Origin: Pirellulales bacterium
Lineage (GTDB): Bacteria; Planctomycetota; Planctomycetia; Pirellulales; JADZDJ01
Direction of reading: 5' to 3'
Assembly (NCBI GenBank): GCA_963820835.1
Contig: CAWGBP010000036.1
Location: forward strand, 32,046-96,045
Length of the DNA stretch: 64,000 nucleotides
The notes beneath the pieces were generated by a model. That model saw only the letters and a program-made list of their open reading frames with translations. It did no database searches and was not told the DNA's origin. The position numbers and the translations under genes were made by a program. Shown one piece after another: positions 38,925 to 49,261 of this stretch (the first letter of the stretch is position 1; the number at the start of each line of letters is the position of its first letter).

Positions 38925-41722
38925 ATGGCAAACCAACACTTAAAATCTGCCGGGAAAAAGCCAAAGCCATCGAGCGATGGCGACACACACGCCGCCACCG
39001 TTGAAGCACGCCGGTTGGAAGAGGCTAATCGCGGGTTGAACCCTTGGCGGCAATGGGGTGCCTATCTAAGCCAGCGGCAGTGGGGCACTGTGCGCGAAGA
39101 TTACAGCCCCTACGGGACGGCCTGGGATTACTTCCCGCACGATCATGCACGCAGCCGCGCCTACCGTTGGGGTGAAGATGGGCTGGCCGGCTTTTGCGAC
39201 GACCATTGCGAAATGTGCCTGGGTGTGGCCCTGTGGAACGAGCGCGATCCGATTCTGAAGGAGCGCGTGTTCGGCTTAAACAACGAAGAAGGCAATCACG
39301 GGGAAGATGTCAAGGAATGCTACTGGTATCTCGACGCGCTGCCGACGCATTCGTATCTGAAGATGCTGTACAAGTATCCGCAGCGAGAATTTCCCTATGC
39401 GCAATTGGTCGAAGAAAATCGCCGCCGCGGAAAATTGGATCCGGAATTCGAGCTCGTCGATACCGGCGTGTTTGACGACAATCGCTATTTCGATGTGTTC
39501 GTCGAATATGCGAAGGCCGCGCCGACCGACGTGCTCATGCAGATAACCATTCATAACCGCGGGCCGGAAGCAGCTCGGTTGCACGTGCTGCCGCAGTTGT
39601 GGTTTCGCAATATATGGTCGTGGCGGGCGGGTTTTGTGAAACCCGATCTATCGGAGATCGACCCGAACACAATTGCCGCGATGCACGAAAGTTTGGGACG
39701 ATATCACTGGTATCTCGATGGGCAGGCGGAGTTGCTGTTCACCGAGAATGATACAAATGAACGGCGATTGTTTGGCATGACCGACGCGCGGGGATATTTC
39801 AAAGATGCCTTTCATGAGTATTTGATTGAGAATAATAAGGCCGCGGTCAACCCTGAGCATCGCGGCACGAAGGCGGCAGCTCATTATGCTGTGTCGATTC
39901 CCGCTGGTAGTTCGACGATTATTCGAACGCGCCTTTCCGAGCAGCCCCATAGCCCAGCGTTTGCTGATTTCGACGAGCAGCTTGAGCGTGTGCGGAACGA
40001 GGCGGACGAGTTTTACCATCATTTGCAGCATGGCATTGCCAATGAAGATGCCCGTCGAGTGCAGCGGCAGGCCATTGCAGGGCTCATTTGGAATCAACAG
40101 TTCTATCACTACGATGTCGCCCGTTGGCTGCGCGGCGATGAACTTCAGCCGCCGCCGCCGGAACAGCGCCGCCTGGGCGCAATCACAACTGGCGTCATTT
40201 GAAATGCCGCGAAATCATGTCGATGCCCGACAATTGGGAATTTCCCTGGTTTGCAGCATGGGATTCGGCTTTTCATTGCGTGGCACTGGCGCGAGTCGAT
40301 GCGCAGTTCGCGAAGCAACAGTTGATTCTGCTGGGGCGCGAGTGGTTCATGCACCCCAATGGCGAATTGCCGGCCTATGAGTGGGCGTTCGGCGACGTGA
40401 ATCCGCCGGTGCAGGCGTGGGCGGCGTGGCGTGTGTATCAGATCGACCGGCGAAACCAGTGTCACCATGGCGATCGGCGGTTTCTCGAAGAGGTATTTCA
40501 CAAGCTGCTGTTGAATTTCACCTGGTGGGTTAATCGCAAAGATTCGGAAAGCCGCAATGTATTCGAGGGGGGTTTTCTGGGACTTGATAATATCGGCATT
40601 TTCGACCGCAGCGCGCCATTGCCGATGGGAGCGCATGTCGCCCAAGCCGACAGCACCGGCTGGATGGCTATGTTCTGCTTGAACATGATGCGCATTGCGC
40701 TCGAGCTGGCACTGCACGATCCGGCCTACCAAAGCATCGCCACGAAGTTCTTTGAGCACTTCTTGTCGATTGTCGAGGCCATGAACCATCTCGGCAGCCG
40801 CGCCATCGAGGAAGGGGGCATCGGCATGTGGGACGACCAAGAGGAGTGGTTTTGCTCGATTGCTGAAATGACCGGCGGCCAGCCGATCCGCATGAAATCG
40901 TTCTCAATGGTTGGGCTGATTCCCTTGTTTGCCGTCGAAACGTTGGAACCTGAAGAATTGGAGCGGCTGCCAGAATTTCGCGAGCGGCTGCTGTGGCTGC
41001 GTGAACATCGCAAAGATTTGGCCGATTTGGTGGCCGAGTGGAAGCTGCCCGGCGTCGGTGAAAGGCGGCTGTTGGGGCTAATGCGAGGGCACCGAATGAA
41101 GCGCGTGTTGGCGCGCATGCTCGACGAAACGCAGTTTCTCTCCGATTATGGCGTGCGCTCCCTCTCGAAATGGCACAAAGACCATCCTACGATCGCGCAT
41201 TTCGACGGGCACGAATACCGTCTTGGCTACGAGCCGGGGGAATCTGAAGGCGGGCTTTTCGGTGGAAACTCCAATTGGCGCGGACCGATCTGGTTCCCGG
41301 TGAACTATTTGATTATCGAATCGCTCCAGAAATTTCACCATTATTATGGCGACGATTTCAAGATCGAGTGCCCGACGGGATCGGGACAATACATTACGCT
41401 ACTGGAAGTGGCCAACGAATTGTCGCGAAGGCTAGCTAAATTGTTCTTGCGCAGTGAGAACGGCCGCCGGGCGGCTTTTGGCCCCTATGAAAAGCTCCAA
41501 ACCGATCCTCATTTTCGCGACTACATTTGGTTCAACGAATATTTCAACGGTGATAATGGCCGCGGCTTAGGCGCGAGCCATCAAACGGGCTGGACGGCCT
41601 TGGTCGCTAAATTGTTGCAACCGAAGCGGCCGCCGCGCAGTTGCCCGCGCGACCAGGTTGTTGAAGATGGTGCGGTCAAAACTCCGTCTTCGGAATCGAG
41701 CACCGCGCCCGCTCCTGCATAG
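38925..41722 (+). CDS. GH63-like (MGH1/mannosylglycerate-hydrolase-like) glucosidase, frameshifted near 40175-40180
   Basis: ORFs 38925..40202 and 40199..41722 join as ...PPPPEQRRLG|RNHNWRHLKCREIMSMPDNWEFPWFAAWDSAFH if one base is added at CTGGGCGC. Conserved WGAYLSQRQWGTVREDYS, HDHARSRAYRWGEDG and the (alpha/alpha)6 C-terminal half are present. Confidence 0.75.
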
Positions 41723-41766
41723 TAGGGCAGCGGCCGCAACACATTCTCTCTCGATCGGCGGAAACG

Positions 41767-43783
41767 ATGAATTACCCGCTCGATCATTGGACTGAATGGC
41801 TCGAAGCCGATGGGTTAGGAGGATTCGCATCGGGTACAACCAGCGGCGAGCGCACGCGCCGCTATCACGCGCTATTGCTTACCGCGACGCAGCCGCCCAC
41901 AGGAAGAATGGCGCTGGTCAGCGGATTCGACGCCTGGGTCGAAACCGACGCCGGGCGAATTGCTATATCGACCCAGCGCTATATGCCCGATGTGGTTTAC
42001 CCCGACGGAGCTTTTCGGCTGGTTGAGTTTGATTTGGAGCCCTGGCCTACTTGGAAATATCGATTGCCCAGCAGCGCCATCATCGTGCAGGAACTCTTTG
42101 TGCCTCGCGGCGTTTCAGCCTGCTGCCTGCGATGGCGGTTGGAGGAGCCGCTAAGCCCATTGGAGATTCGGCAGATCAAAAATGCGGCAGAGCGCGTAAA
42201 GTTGTACATTCGACCGCTATTTTGCGGCCGCGATTATCATTCGCTGCAGCACGAAAATTCGGCGTTTCGGTTTGAAGCGCGCGAACTTAATGGCTGGATT
42301 GACTGGCAGCCGTACGACGGCGTCCCGCCGGTTTGGGCGATCTCGAGCGGTAATTATTCACAAGAACCCGAGTGGTATCGAAATTTTCTGTATCTAATGG
42401 AGCAAGAGCGGGGGCTCGATTGCACGGAAGATTTGGCATCGCCCGGTCTGTTTCAATTTGAGCTTTCGCCGGTAGGTGATCCAAAACTTCGAAACAGCGC
42501 AGCGTTAATCTTTGCTGCTGACGGCTATCAAGCGGCAATTCAAGCGGCTGGGCCGACGGCTTTGTTGATCTGGAAAACTTTGGCCGAGCGAGAAGCCGCG
42601 CGCCGGCAAGGGTTTCCCACTTTGGTGCATCGTTCGGCCGACGCGTATATTGTCGAGCGCCGCTCGGCCACCAAGCCTGACGGGCGCACAATCATCGCCG
42701 GCTATCCTTGGTTTACCGATTGGGGGCGCGACACGTTCATTTCGCTGCGCGGCCTGTGCCTTGCGATCGGTCGTTTGGATGACGCGCGTGAGATTCTCCT
42801 GGCCTGGTCTGGCACAGTGTCGGAGGGAATGTTGCCCAATCGATTTTCCGATAGCGGAATTGAGCCGGAATTTAACTCGGTCGATGCATCCCTGTGGTTT
42901 GTTATTGCAGTTAATGATCTCATTTCGCGGTCAGCCAATTTGAATCGGCTGGTGGCGGGCGACCATCGCCGAGCTTTGGAAGGGGCCATTCTTTCAATCG
43001 TGGAGGGCTACGCCGCCGGCACGCGGTATGGAATTAAAATGGATTCCGATGGTTTGTTGGCAGCCGGCGAACGAGGTTCGCAGCTAACCTGGATGGATGT
43101 AAAAATTGGTGATTGGGCTGTGACGCCGCGCGTCGGCAAGCCAATCGAGGTTCAGGCCCTCTGGCTTAATGCGCTCTGGATCGCCAGCCGCATCGACTTG
43201 AAATGGAAAGGAGCTTTTGAGCGCGGCCGCGATGCATTTGAGCGTCGGTTTTGGAACCCACGCTTGCCGGGTTTGTTCGATGTCGTGGATGTCGATCATC
43301 AGTCAGGGACAGTCGATCCATCGCTGCGGCCAAATCAGATTTTTGCCGTGGGCGGTTTGCCCCTGGCGCTGATTGGATGGCGATAAGGCGCGGCAATTGG
43401 TCGACACGGTGGAGAGGCACTTGCTTGCGCCGCTTGGGCTGCGTTCTTTGGCCCCCGGCTCGCCTGGCTACACGCCGCAATATGTGGGGCCGCCGGCGCA
43501 TCGCGATCCAGCGTATCACCAAGGCACCGTTTGGCCATGGCTCATCGGGCCCTTCGTCGAAGCCTGGGTGCGCGTGAGAGGAGCATCGACCGCAATCAAA
43601 CGCGAAGCCCGCGAGCGTTTTCTGCCGCCGCTGGAAGAACATCTTTCCACCGCTGGGCTAGGGCATATTTCAGAAATTTGCGACGCCGATCCGCCGTTCA
43701 TGCCGCGCGGATGCCCGTTTCAAGCCTGGTCACTGGGGGAATATTTGCGACTAAAATACGACGTGTTGGCGGAACAAGTATGA
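41767..43783 (+). CDS. amylo-alpha-1,6-glucosidase / glycogen-debranching-enzyme family protein, frameshifted near 43373-43376
   Basis: ORFs 41767..43386 and 43373..43783 join as ...NQIFAVGGLPLAL(I)|DGDKARQLVDTVERHLLAPLGLRSL.... N-terminal EWLEADGLGGFASGTTSGERTRRYHALL and C-terminal YHQGTVWPWLIGPFVEAW are typical of GDE_N/GDE_C. Confidence 0.78.
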
Positions 43784-43786
43784 CGC

Positions 43787-44062
43787 TCATTGCGCGTTTT
43801 GCTCGCGGAGTTTGCGAATTTCGTAGAGGTGCAATAATGCCAGCTTGTCCTTTGCGCGCCGCTCTAGTAATTGAATGCGGTCCGTCGGCGAAAGACTCAG
43901 TAAATATTTGATCAGACTAATATCCACACCACTTTCCGAGTACTCACCGTAATACTGGAAACTTCGGGCGTCCGGCAAGTTGTCAGAAGTTTTTCCTTCG
44001 CTCTGCATGACCGATTTGCCAGAAGTGCGCAGTGGATTATTGCGGCCCTTACCCCAAGTCAT
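43787..44062 (-). CDS. hypothetical small protein (start uncertain: 44062 or 44008)
   Basis: Open frame with a helical C-terminus (LIKYLLSLSPTDRIQLLERRAKDKLALLHLYEIRKL). No SD-like sequence and no family assignment. Confidence 0.4.
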   Translation of the reverse strand: MTWGKGRNNPLRTSGKSVMQSEGKTSDNLPDARSFQYYGEYSESGVDISLIKYLLSLSPTDRIQLLERRAKDKLALLHLYEIRKLREQNAQ

Positions 44063-44135
44063 TATACATTATTCAAGCGCTGTCCGCAGACCATCCTAAA
44101 CCGCACCCGCACTCTTACCGCTCGAAATCAATCTC

Positions 44136-45425
44136 ATGTCTCAAGAACTCCGCCAGCGACTATTCGACCAACTCGAATCAATCGTGCTCATCGATCCGCA
44201 CACGCACATCAATGCCCATCAACCGGCATCGGTAAGTCTCGCCGATATTTTGGGTTACCACTATTACACCGAGCTAGCGCACTCGGCCGGCTTGCCGCGC
44301 GAACGGATCGAGGAGCCAGGGCTGTCGGCCAAAGAAAAAGTGGGCCGGCTGGTGGCGGGCATGGCGCCCTTAGAGAACACGATTCAATACAGTTGGTTTA
44401 TTGAAATGGCGCAGGAGCTCTTGGGTTTCAAAGACGACCGGTTGACGCCACAAAACTGGGAAGGCTTGTTCAACACAGCGCATGAGAGGATGAGCAAGCC
44501 CGATTGGTTCGGGCAGGTGATGAAGAAATCGAAACTCGAAGCGGTGTTTCTCACCAACGATTTTGACGATGCGCTCACGGGTTTTGACACGAAGGTATTC
44601 ATTCCCTGCTTGCGCACTGACGATTTGGTGTTTCACTTCGCCAACCCCACGGTCCAACAGCGGCTGGCGCGGGCAAGCGGGATCGAGGCGAAAAATGCAA
44701 CGAGCATGCGGCAAGCCATCGGCAAATTGTTCCAGCACTTCACCAGCAAAGGATGCCGGGCCTGCGCGGTATCGCTGCCGCCGAACTTTTCGCCGACGAA
44801 GGTCGATGCCACGGCGGCCGACCACGCCGTCAAGGCAGCCCTTGAGCCGGCGGACAACATCAGCGAATTGCACCGGCGCGATCTATCAAACTTTGTGTTC
44901 TGGACGCTGGCCGAATTCTGCGTGGAATACTGGCTTCCGTTCGACCTGATGATTGGCGTGAACCGCGCGGTCTATACTGGGGGCGTATTCCAAGGGCAGG
45001 ATTTATACGATTCTCGCGTTTCGCTTATTCAATACCGCGAATTGTTCAACGCTTTCCCGCAAGTCACGTTTCCGATTTCGGTCCTAGCCAGCGTGACCAA
45101 CCAGGAGCTAACCAGCTATGCCTGGATCTTCCCGAACGTGGTGACCAACGGGCATTGGTGGTACTCGAACACGCCGACATTCATCGAGCACGATGCCGCC
45201 GCGCGGCTGGATGCAGTGCCGCGCACGAAGCAAGTCGGCTACTACAGCGACATGTACAAGTTGGAATTCGCCTTGCCGAAATTCCGCATGTATAAGCGTA
45301 TTTTGGCGAAGATTCTGGCCGAGCGATTTTGCATCGACCGCGGCTGGAGCGAAGAGCGCGCCGTGGCTTTTGGCCACGATGTGCTGCGCGGAAATGTGGA
45401 GCGGATTTTTTATGGGAAGAAATAG
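44136..45425 (+). CDS. amidohydrolase-fold protein, glucuronate-isomerase-like (tentative)
   Basis: 429 aa. N-terminal metal-binding-like LIDPHTHIN. Length and motif spacing are reminiscent of divergent UxaC-family proteins. The assignment is from memory only. Confidence 0.5.
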   Translation: MSQELRQRLFDQLESIVLIDPHTHINAHQPASVSLADILGYHYYTELAHSAGLPRERIEEPGLSAKEKVGRLVAGMAPLENTIQYSWFIEMAQELLGFKDDRLTPQNWEGLFNTAHERMSKPDWFGQVMKKSKLEAVFLTNDFDDALTGFDTKVFIPCLRTDDLVFHFANPTVQQRLARASGIEAKNATSMRQAIGKLFQHFTSKGCRACAVSLPPNFSPTKVDATAADHAVKAALEPADNISELHRRDLSNFVFWTLAEFCVEYWLPFDLMIGVNRAVYTGGVFQGQDLYDSRVSLIQYRELFNAFPQVTFPISVLASVTNQELTSYAWIFPNVVTNGHWWYSNTPTFIEHDAAARLDAVPRTKQVGYYSDMYKLEFALPKFRMYKRILAKILAERFCIDRGWSEERAVAFGHDVLRGNVERIFYGKK

Positions 45426-45466
45426 GGGCAGCTGCGAGCGATTAAAGCGTCATTTGTCGCAGCTCT

Positions 45467-46135
45467 TCACTTAATTGTATCGTCGGGCATGCCTTCGGCT
45501 TGACGCAAGTTGATCATCGTATTGAGATCTTTGGCCAGCGAGTCGACGTCTTTGTACTCACCTTTTTCAACTTTCTCAGCAAATGGGGCCGCATCGCGCG
45601 CGATGGCTTCGTACGTTTTGATGTCTTGCTTAATCGCGCTTTCCGGCAGGTCTTTCGTAAAAAAATGGGCATCTAGCTTCCAGACTCCTTTGACACGAAC
45701 TAGTTGAGACGTCGGTTCCGTATCGCCGGCAAACTGAACTGCTGCCTTGTCGCCATCGACCTTGAACGTGGCTTGCTTCACATCCTCATCGGTTCGATCT
45801 TGGATTGCATGGACGAACTGGTCGGCTTGTTTTCGGCCGAATTGCTTGCGGGCGGCCAATTCGACCCGGGTGATGGCCAGTCCATATTTGCACGAGGCAC
45901 GGGCCCATTGTTTTTCTAGGTCGGTGGAGTAATCGTACAGCCCGAGCGCCTGATCGAGATCGAGTTTTTCCATGTCGTCGGTTATGCGAAGCATGGCGGC
46001 TTCGGGAGATTCGTTGGCGGGAATGGCAGCCTTTTCCGTCTTTTGATCGGCCGGGGGTTGAGGCTCTTCGGCCCGCACATGAAAGCTGCCTACGAGCAAA
46101 CCAGTAGCGATCAGAACTGCGATGCGAAGTTTCAT
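45467..46135 (-). CDS. hypothetical secreted protein
   Basis: Signal peptide MKLRIAVLIATGLLVGSFHVRA. The mature part is acidic and helical. No recognised family. Confidence 0.6.
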   Translation of the reverse strand: MKLRIAVLIATGLLVGSFHVRAEEPQPPADQKTEKAAIPANESPEAAMLRITDDMEKLDLDQALGLYDYSTDLEKQWARASCKYGLAITRVELAARKQFGRKQADQFVHAIQDRTDEDVKQATFKVDGDKAAVQFAGDTEPTSQLVRVKGVWKLDAHFFTKDLPESAIKQDIKTYEAIARDAAPFAEKVEKGEYKDVDSLAKDLNTMINLRQAEGMPDDTIK

Positions 46136-46310
46136 GGCACATCATCCGAATGAGGTCGCTTTATATCGCAGACGCGGAAACCATTTTAACCTTCCGAGCC
46201 ACAGTTTGCAGAGTCGCCGGAGCTGCATTTCGAAGTGTCCGATGGGATTTCGCAGCGAGAAATAGGCAGATTCGCGCAGCGGCTTGTCCGCGTGTTTCCC
46301 TGCCGCCTTA

Positions 46311-47206
46311 GAAGCTGTTTCAAAACCTATTTTCGCTGATGCGTTAGCCGATTGAAGCAAATGAGGGAAGCCGCCAATTCGTGAAAGGCTTGGAAATGTT
46401 CCGCGGTACGTTCGTAACACAATTTAAGACGACGGAAGTTCCCGAACCAACTGAGGGTTTGTTCGACGACGTAGCGGGTTCGCCCCAGGCCGCTGCCGTG
46501 TTCGCGTTTCGAGTTGCCGTAGGGAGCCAACAGCGGTCGGATGCCCCGCTTCACGACTTGCCGCTGGATTGCCGCGCTGCCGTAGGCCGCGTCTCCTTGA
46601 AAGATTTTCGGCTTGCGGCGTGGCCGTCCCCGCCGGCCTGCGACGGCGGGAATTTTGTCCAACATCGCAATCGCACGCTTGCCATCGGGTTCGTTGGCCG
46701 GGCCGGTTTCGACCACCAACGGCAATCCCCTGGCGTCATCAATCACATGCCGTTTACAGCCGTTTTTCGAGCGATCCGTGGGATTGGGTCCGGTATGTTC
46801 CCCCCAAAAACAGCCCGCACCGAGGCGCTGTCGATGATGGCGCGGGAAAGCCGAATCGCACCCCGTTTTCCCAGGCGACGCAAGAGTTTCCGATGGAGTT
46901 GGGGCCAGATGTTCAAGCGGGTCCACTCTCGCAGCCGTCGCCAACACGTCACGCCACTGCCGCAACCCATTTCCAAGGGAAGCATGTTCCAAGTCACACC
47001 GCTCCTGAGCACAAAAATAATTCCCGCCAGACAAGCCCGGTCGGAAACCGACGGTCGTCCCCCTTGGGGCGATGGGATGCGTTTGGGCAATAGCGGTTCG
47101 ATTTCGTTCCATAGCTTATTCGGCACTAATGTAGCCATTTGTTCGCCTCCTTGCGGAACAAGAAGGCGAAATACTAGCAACCCAATTCAGGTTTTGAAAT
47201 AGCTTC
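46311..47206 (-). mobile_element. IS5-family insertion sequence (IS427/IS1031-like, 896 bp, two-frame transposase)
   Basis: 17-bp terminal inverted repeats GAAGCTGTTTCAAAACC (46311-46327) and GAAGCTATTTCAAAACC (rc of 47190-47206) differ at one position. TTA direct duplication is at 46308-46310 and 47207-47209. Confidence 0.88.
46327..47138 (-). CDS. IS5-family transposase, orfA/orfB joined by a -1 shift at a T5G6 run (46800-46810)
   Basis: orfA starts at the ATG at 47138 with AAGGAGG upstream (MATLVPNKLWNEIEPLLP...). orfB continues ...AVFGG|EHTGPNPTDRSKNGCKRHVIDDARGLPL...DAAY...VVEQTLSWF. The shift may be programmed or an indel. Confidence 0.85.
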
Positions 47207-47249
47207 TTAGAATTTTGCGTTCAAAACGAAGCATTCACGGGAGACACAT

Positions 47250-47950
47250 ATGATCACCGTTCGCAAGTCGGCCGAGCGCGGTACGACGCAGATCGATTGG
47301 CTCGACAGCCGCCACACGTTCTCTTTCGGCGATTACTACGATTCGCGCTGGATGGGTTTTGGCCCCTTGCGCGTGATTAACGAAGATTTTGTTGAGCCAG
47401 GCATGGGCTTCGGCATGCACCCGCACCGCGACATGGAAATCATTACCTATATCGTCAAAGGTGCCCTGGAACACAAGGATAGCCTGGGCACCGGTTCTGT
47501 GATCCGACCTGGCGACGTGCAACGCATGACCGCCGGCCGCGGCATCCGCCACAGCGAGTTCAATCCCTCGGCAACCGAGAGAGTGCATCTGCTACAAATT
47601 TGGATTGAGCCCAGCGAGCGTGGCTTGCAGCCAAGCTACGAGCAAAAAACGATTCCCGACGGCGAAAGGCACAACCGGTTGCGGCTGATCGCTTCGCCTG
47701 ATGGCCGCGATGGCTCGGTCACCATTCATCAAGATGCCGACGTGTATGCGGCGTTGTTAGACTCGGGAACAGAGCAGTTTCATACGCTGCGCCCGGCCGA
47801 TCGGCATGGCTGCAATTGATCAAAGGAGCAGTCACCCTGAACGGCCAGGAACTGGCGACTGGCGACGGAATTGCTATCAATGAGGAGGGCGCGCTGGCCA
47901 TTTCCGTCCAAAAACCCGCGGAATTGCTGCTCTTCGACATAGCCGGCTGA
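47250..47950 (+). CDS. pirin family protein (YhhW/quercetinase-like bicupin), frameshifted near 47792-47798
   Basis: The N-terminal cupin carries [46 protein letters not shown] and RHSEFN. The listed ORF ends at 47819. A shifted frame continues ...[37 protein letters not shown]...LLFDIAG* to 47950. Confidence 0.82.
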
Positions 47951-47998
47951 ACCGAAAAGGCTCAACGGGAGCCACGCCCTCATCCAACGGCGCGGCCG

Positions 47999-49256
47999 TT
48001 AATTCACATCAATCGCGCCGGCAATCGATTCCGCGACGTGAAGCAAAAACAAATCTTCGCCGAAGCTGCCAATCAGCGATAGGCCGACTGGTGCCGCACC
48101 TGTGTCTGATTCGATAGTCGATAGCGGCATGGAGACTTGCGGCAAGCGGCCAATTCCGGCGATCGATGTGAGCGACAACGCCCGTTTGTAGTAATCGCCG
48201 GTGCGCTGGTCCATGCCCAGGCTCCCTTTAATGGGGGCCGACGCCGGCGTCGTGGGAATGCAAAGCAGATCGCGCGGCCCCAGGAATTTTCGCAAGCTAT
48301 GGTAATACTGTTCACGGCGCGCGATAGCCGGCGGCACGCGGCGGCGATCTAAGCTGCTCACAAGTTCAAAATTCTTGGTCGTCACTGGGCCGAACATCGG
48401 CTCTGCGTCGGCAATCCAAGAGCCAAGCGAGCCTTCGATTTCGCTCCACTGGATGACGCAATAGGTATCGAACCAGGAGTCGAATGTCATGGCGACGGAA
48501 CCGCCGACAATTCTACTCAACGATATATCACGCACCGCGGCGCCGAACAGTTTTCGCAGCCAGTCGATCGCCGGCTCATGTGCCTTTTGCACTTCCGGCA
48601 TGGCCAATTCAAAACCATCGCGGAGCAAATAGATGGCGGTTGGACGCGAGTCTCCGCTGCTTTTCGATTGCGGTGGAGCACCCAATCAGAACGCGCAATG
48701 CGCGATTGAGAATTTCCGCCGTGCGCGCATGCACGCCGACAGTATCGAATGTCGGCGCAAAGGGCATGACTCCCGCCACGGAAATAAACCCATGCGAGGG
48801 GCGCAATCCCCAAATACCGCAATTGCTTGCCGGCACTCGCACTGAGCCGCCGGTATCGCTGCCCAGGGCGAAATCGGCCAATCCGCACGCGACTGCGGCG
48901 GCCGATCCGCTCGATGAGCCCCCCGGCACTCGATCTGGCGCTTTGGGATTCAGCGGCGTGCCATAAAAATGGTTTTCGCCGATCAGGCTGAAAGCGACTT
49001 CGTCGGATACCGTTTTGCCAATGCATCGCGCTCCGTTGTAGAGCAGCTGCTCGACGCAATTGGCGTGGCTTCGCGCCGGTGGATGGGTATCGCGCCATGT
49101 CGGATTACCGCAGCCGGTCTTTCGGCCGGCAATATCGATGATGTCCTTCACGGCAAACCGCAAGCCGTCCAGCGGGCCGTCGCCGGTCGGCGCCAATTCG
49201 AATGTTTCGACAAAGGCGCCGCTTTGCTCGATAGTAATCGCTCCAGAACCAACCAT
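47999..49256 (-). CDS. amidase-signature enzyme, AMI1/indole-acetamide-hydrolase-like subfamily, frameshifted at the CCC run 48681-48683
   Basis: ORFs 48609..49256 and 47999..48685 join as ...RALRVLIG|APPQSKSS.... The Ser-cisSer-Lys signature is present: FAVKDIIDIAG, GGSSSGSAAAVA, GSDTGGSVRVPAS. End-to-end resemblance to plant AMI1 is as I recall that sequence. The ATG lies 5 nt after the kinase stop. Confidence 0.85.
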
Positions 49257-49261
49257 TGGCT

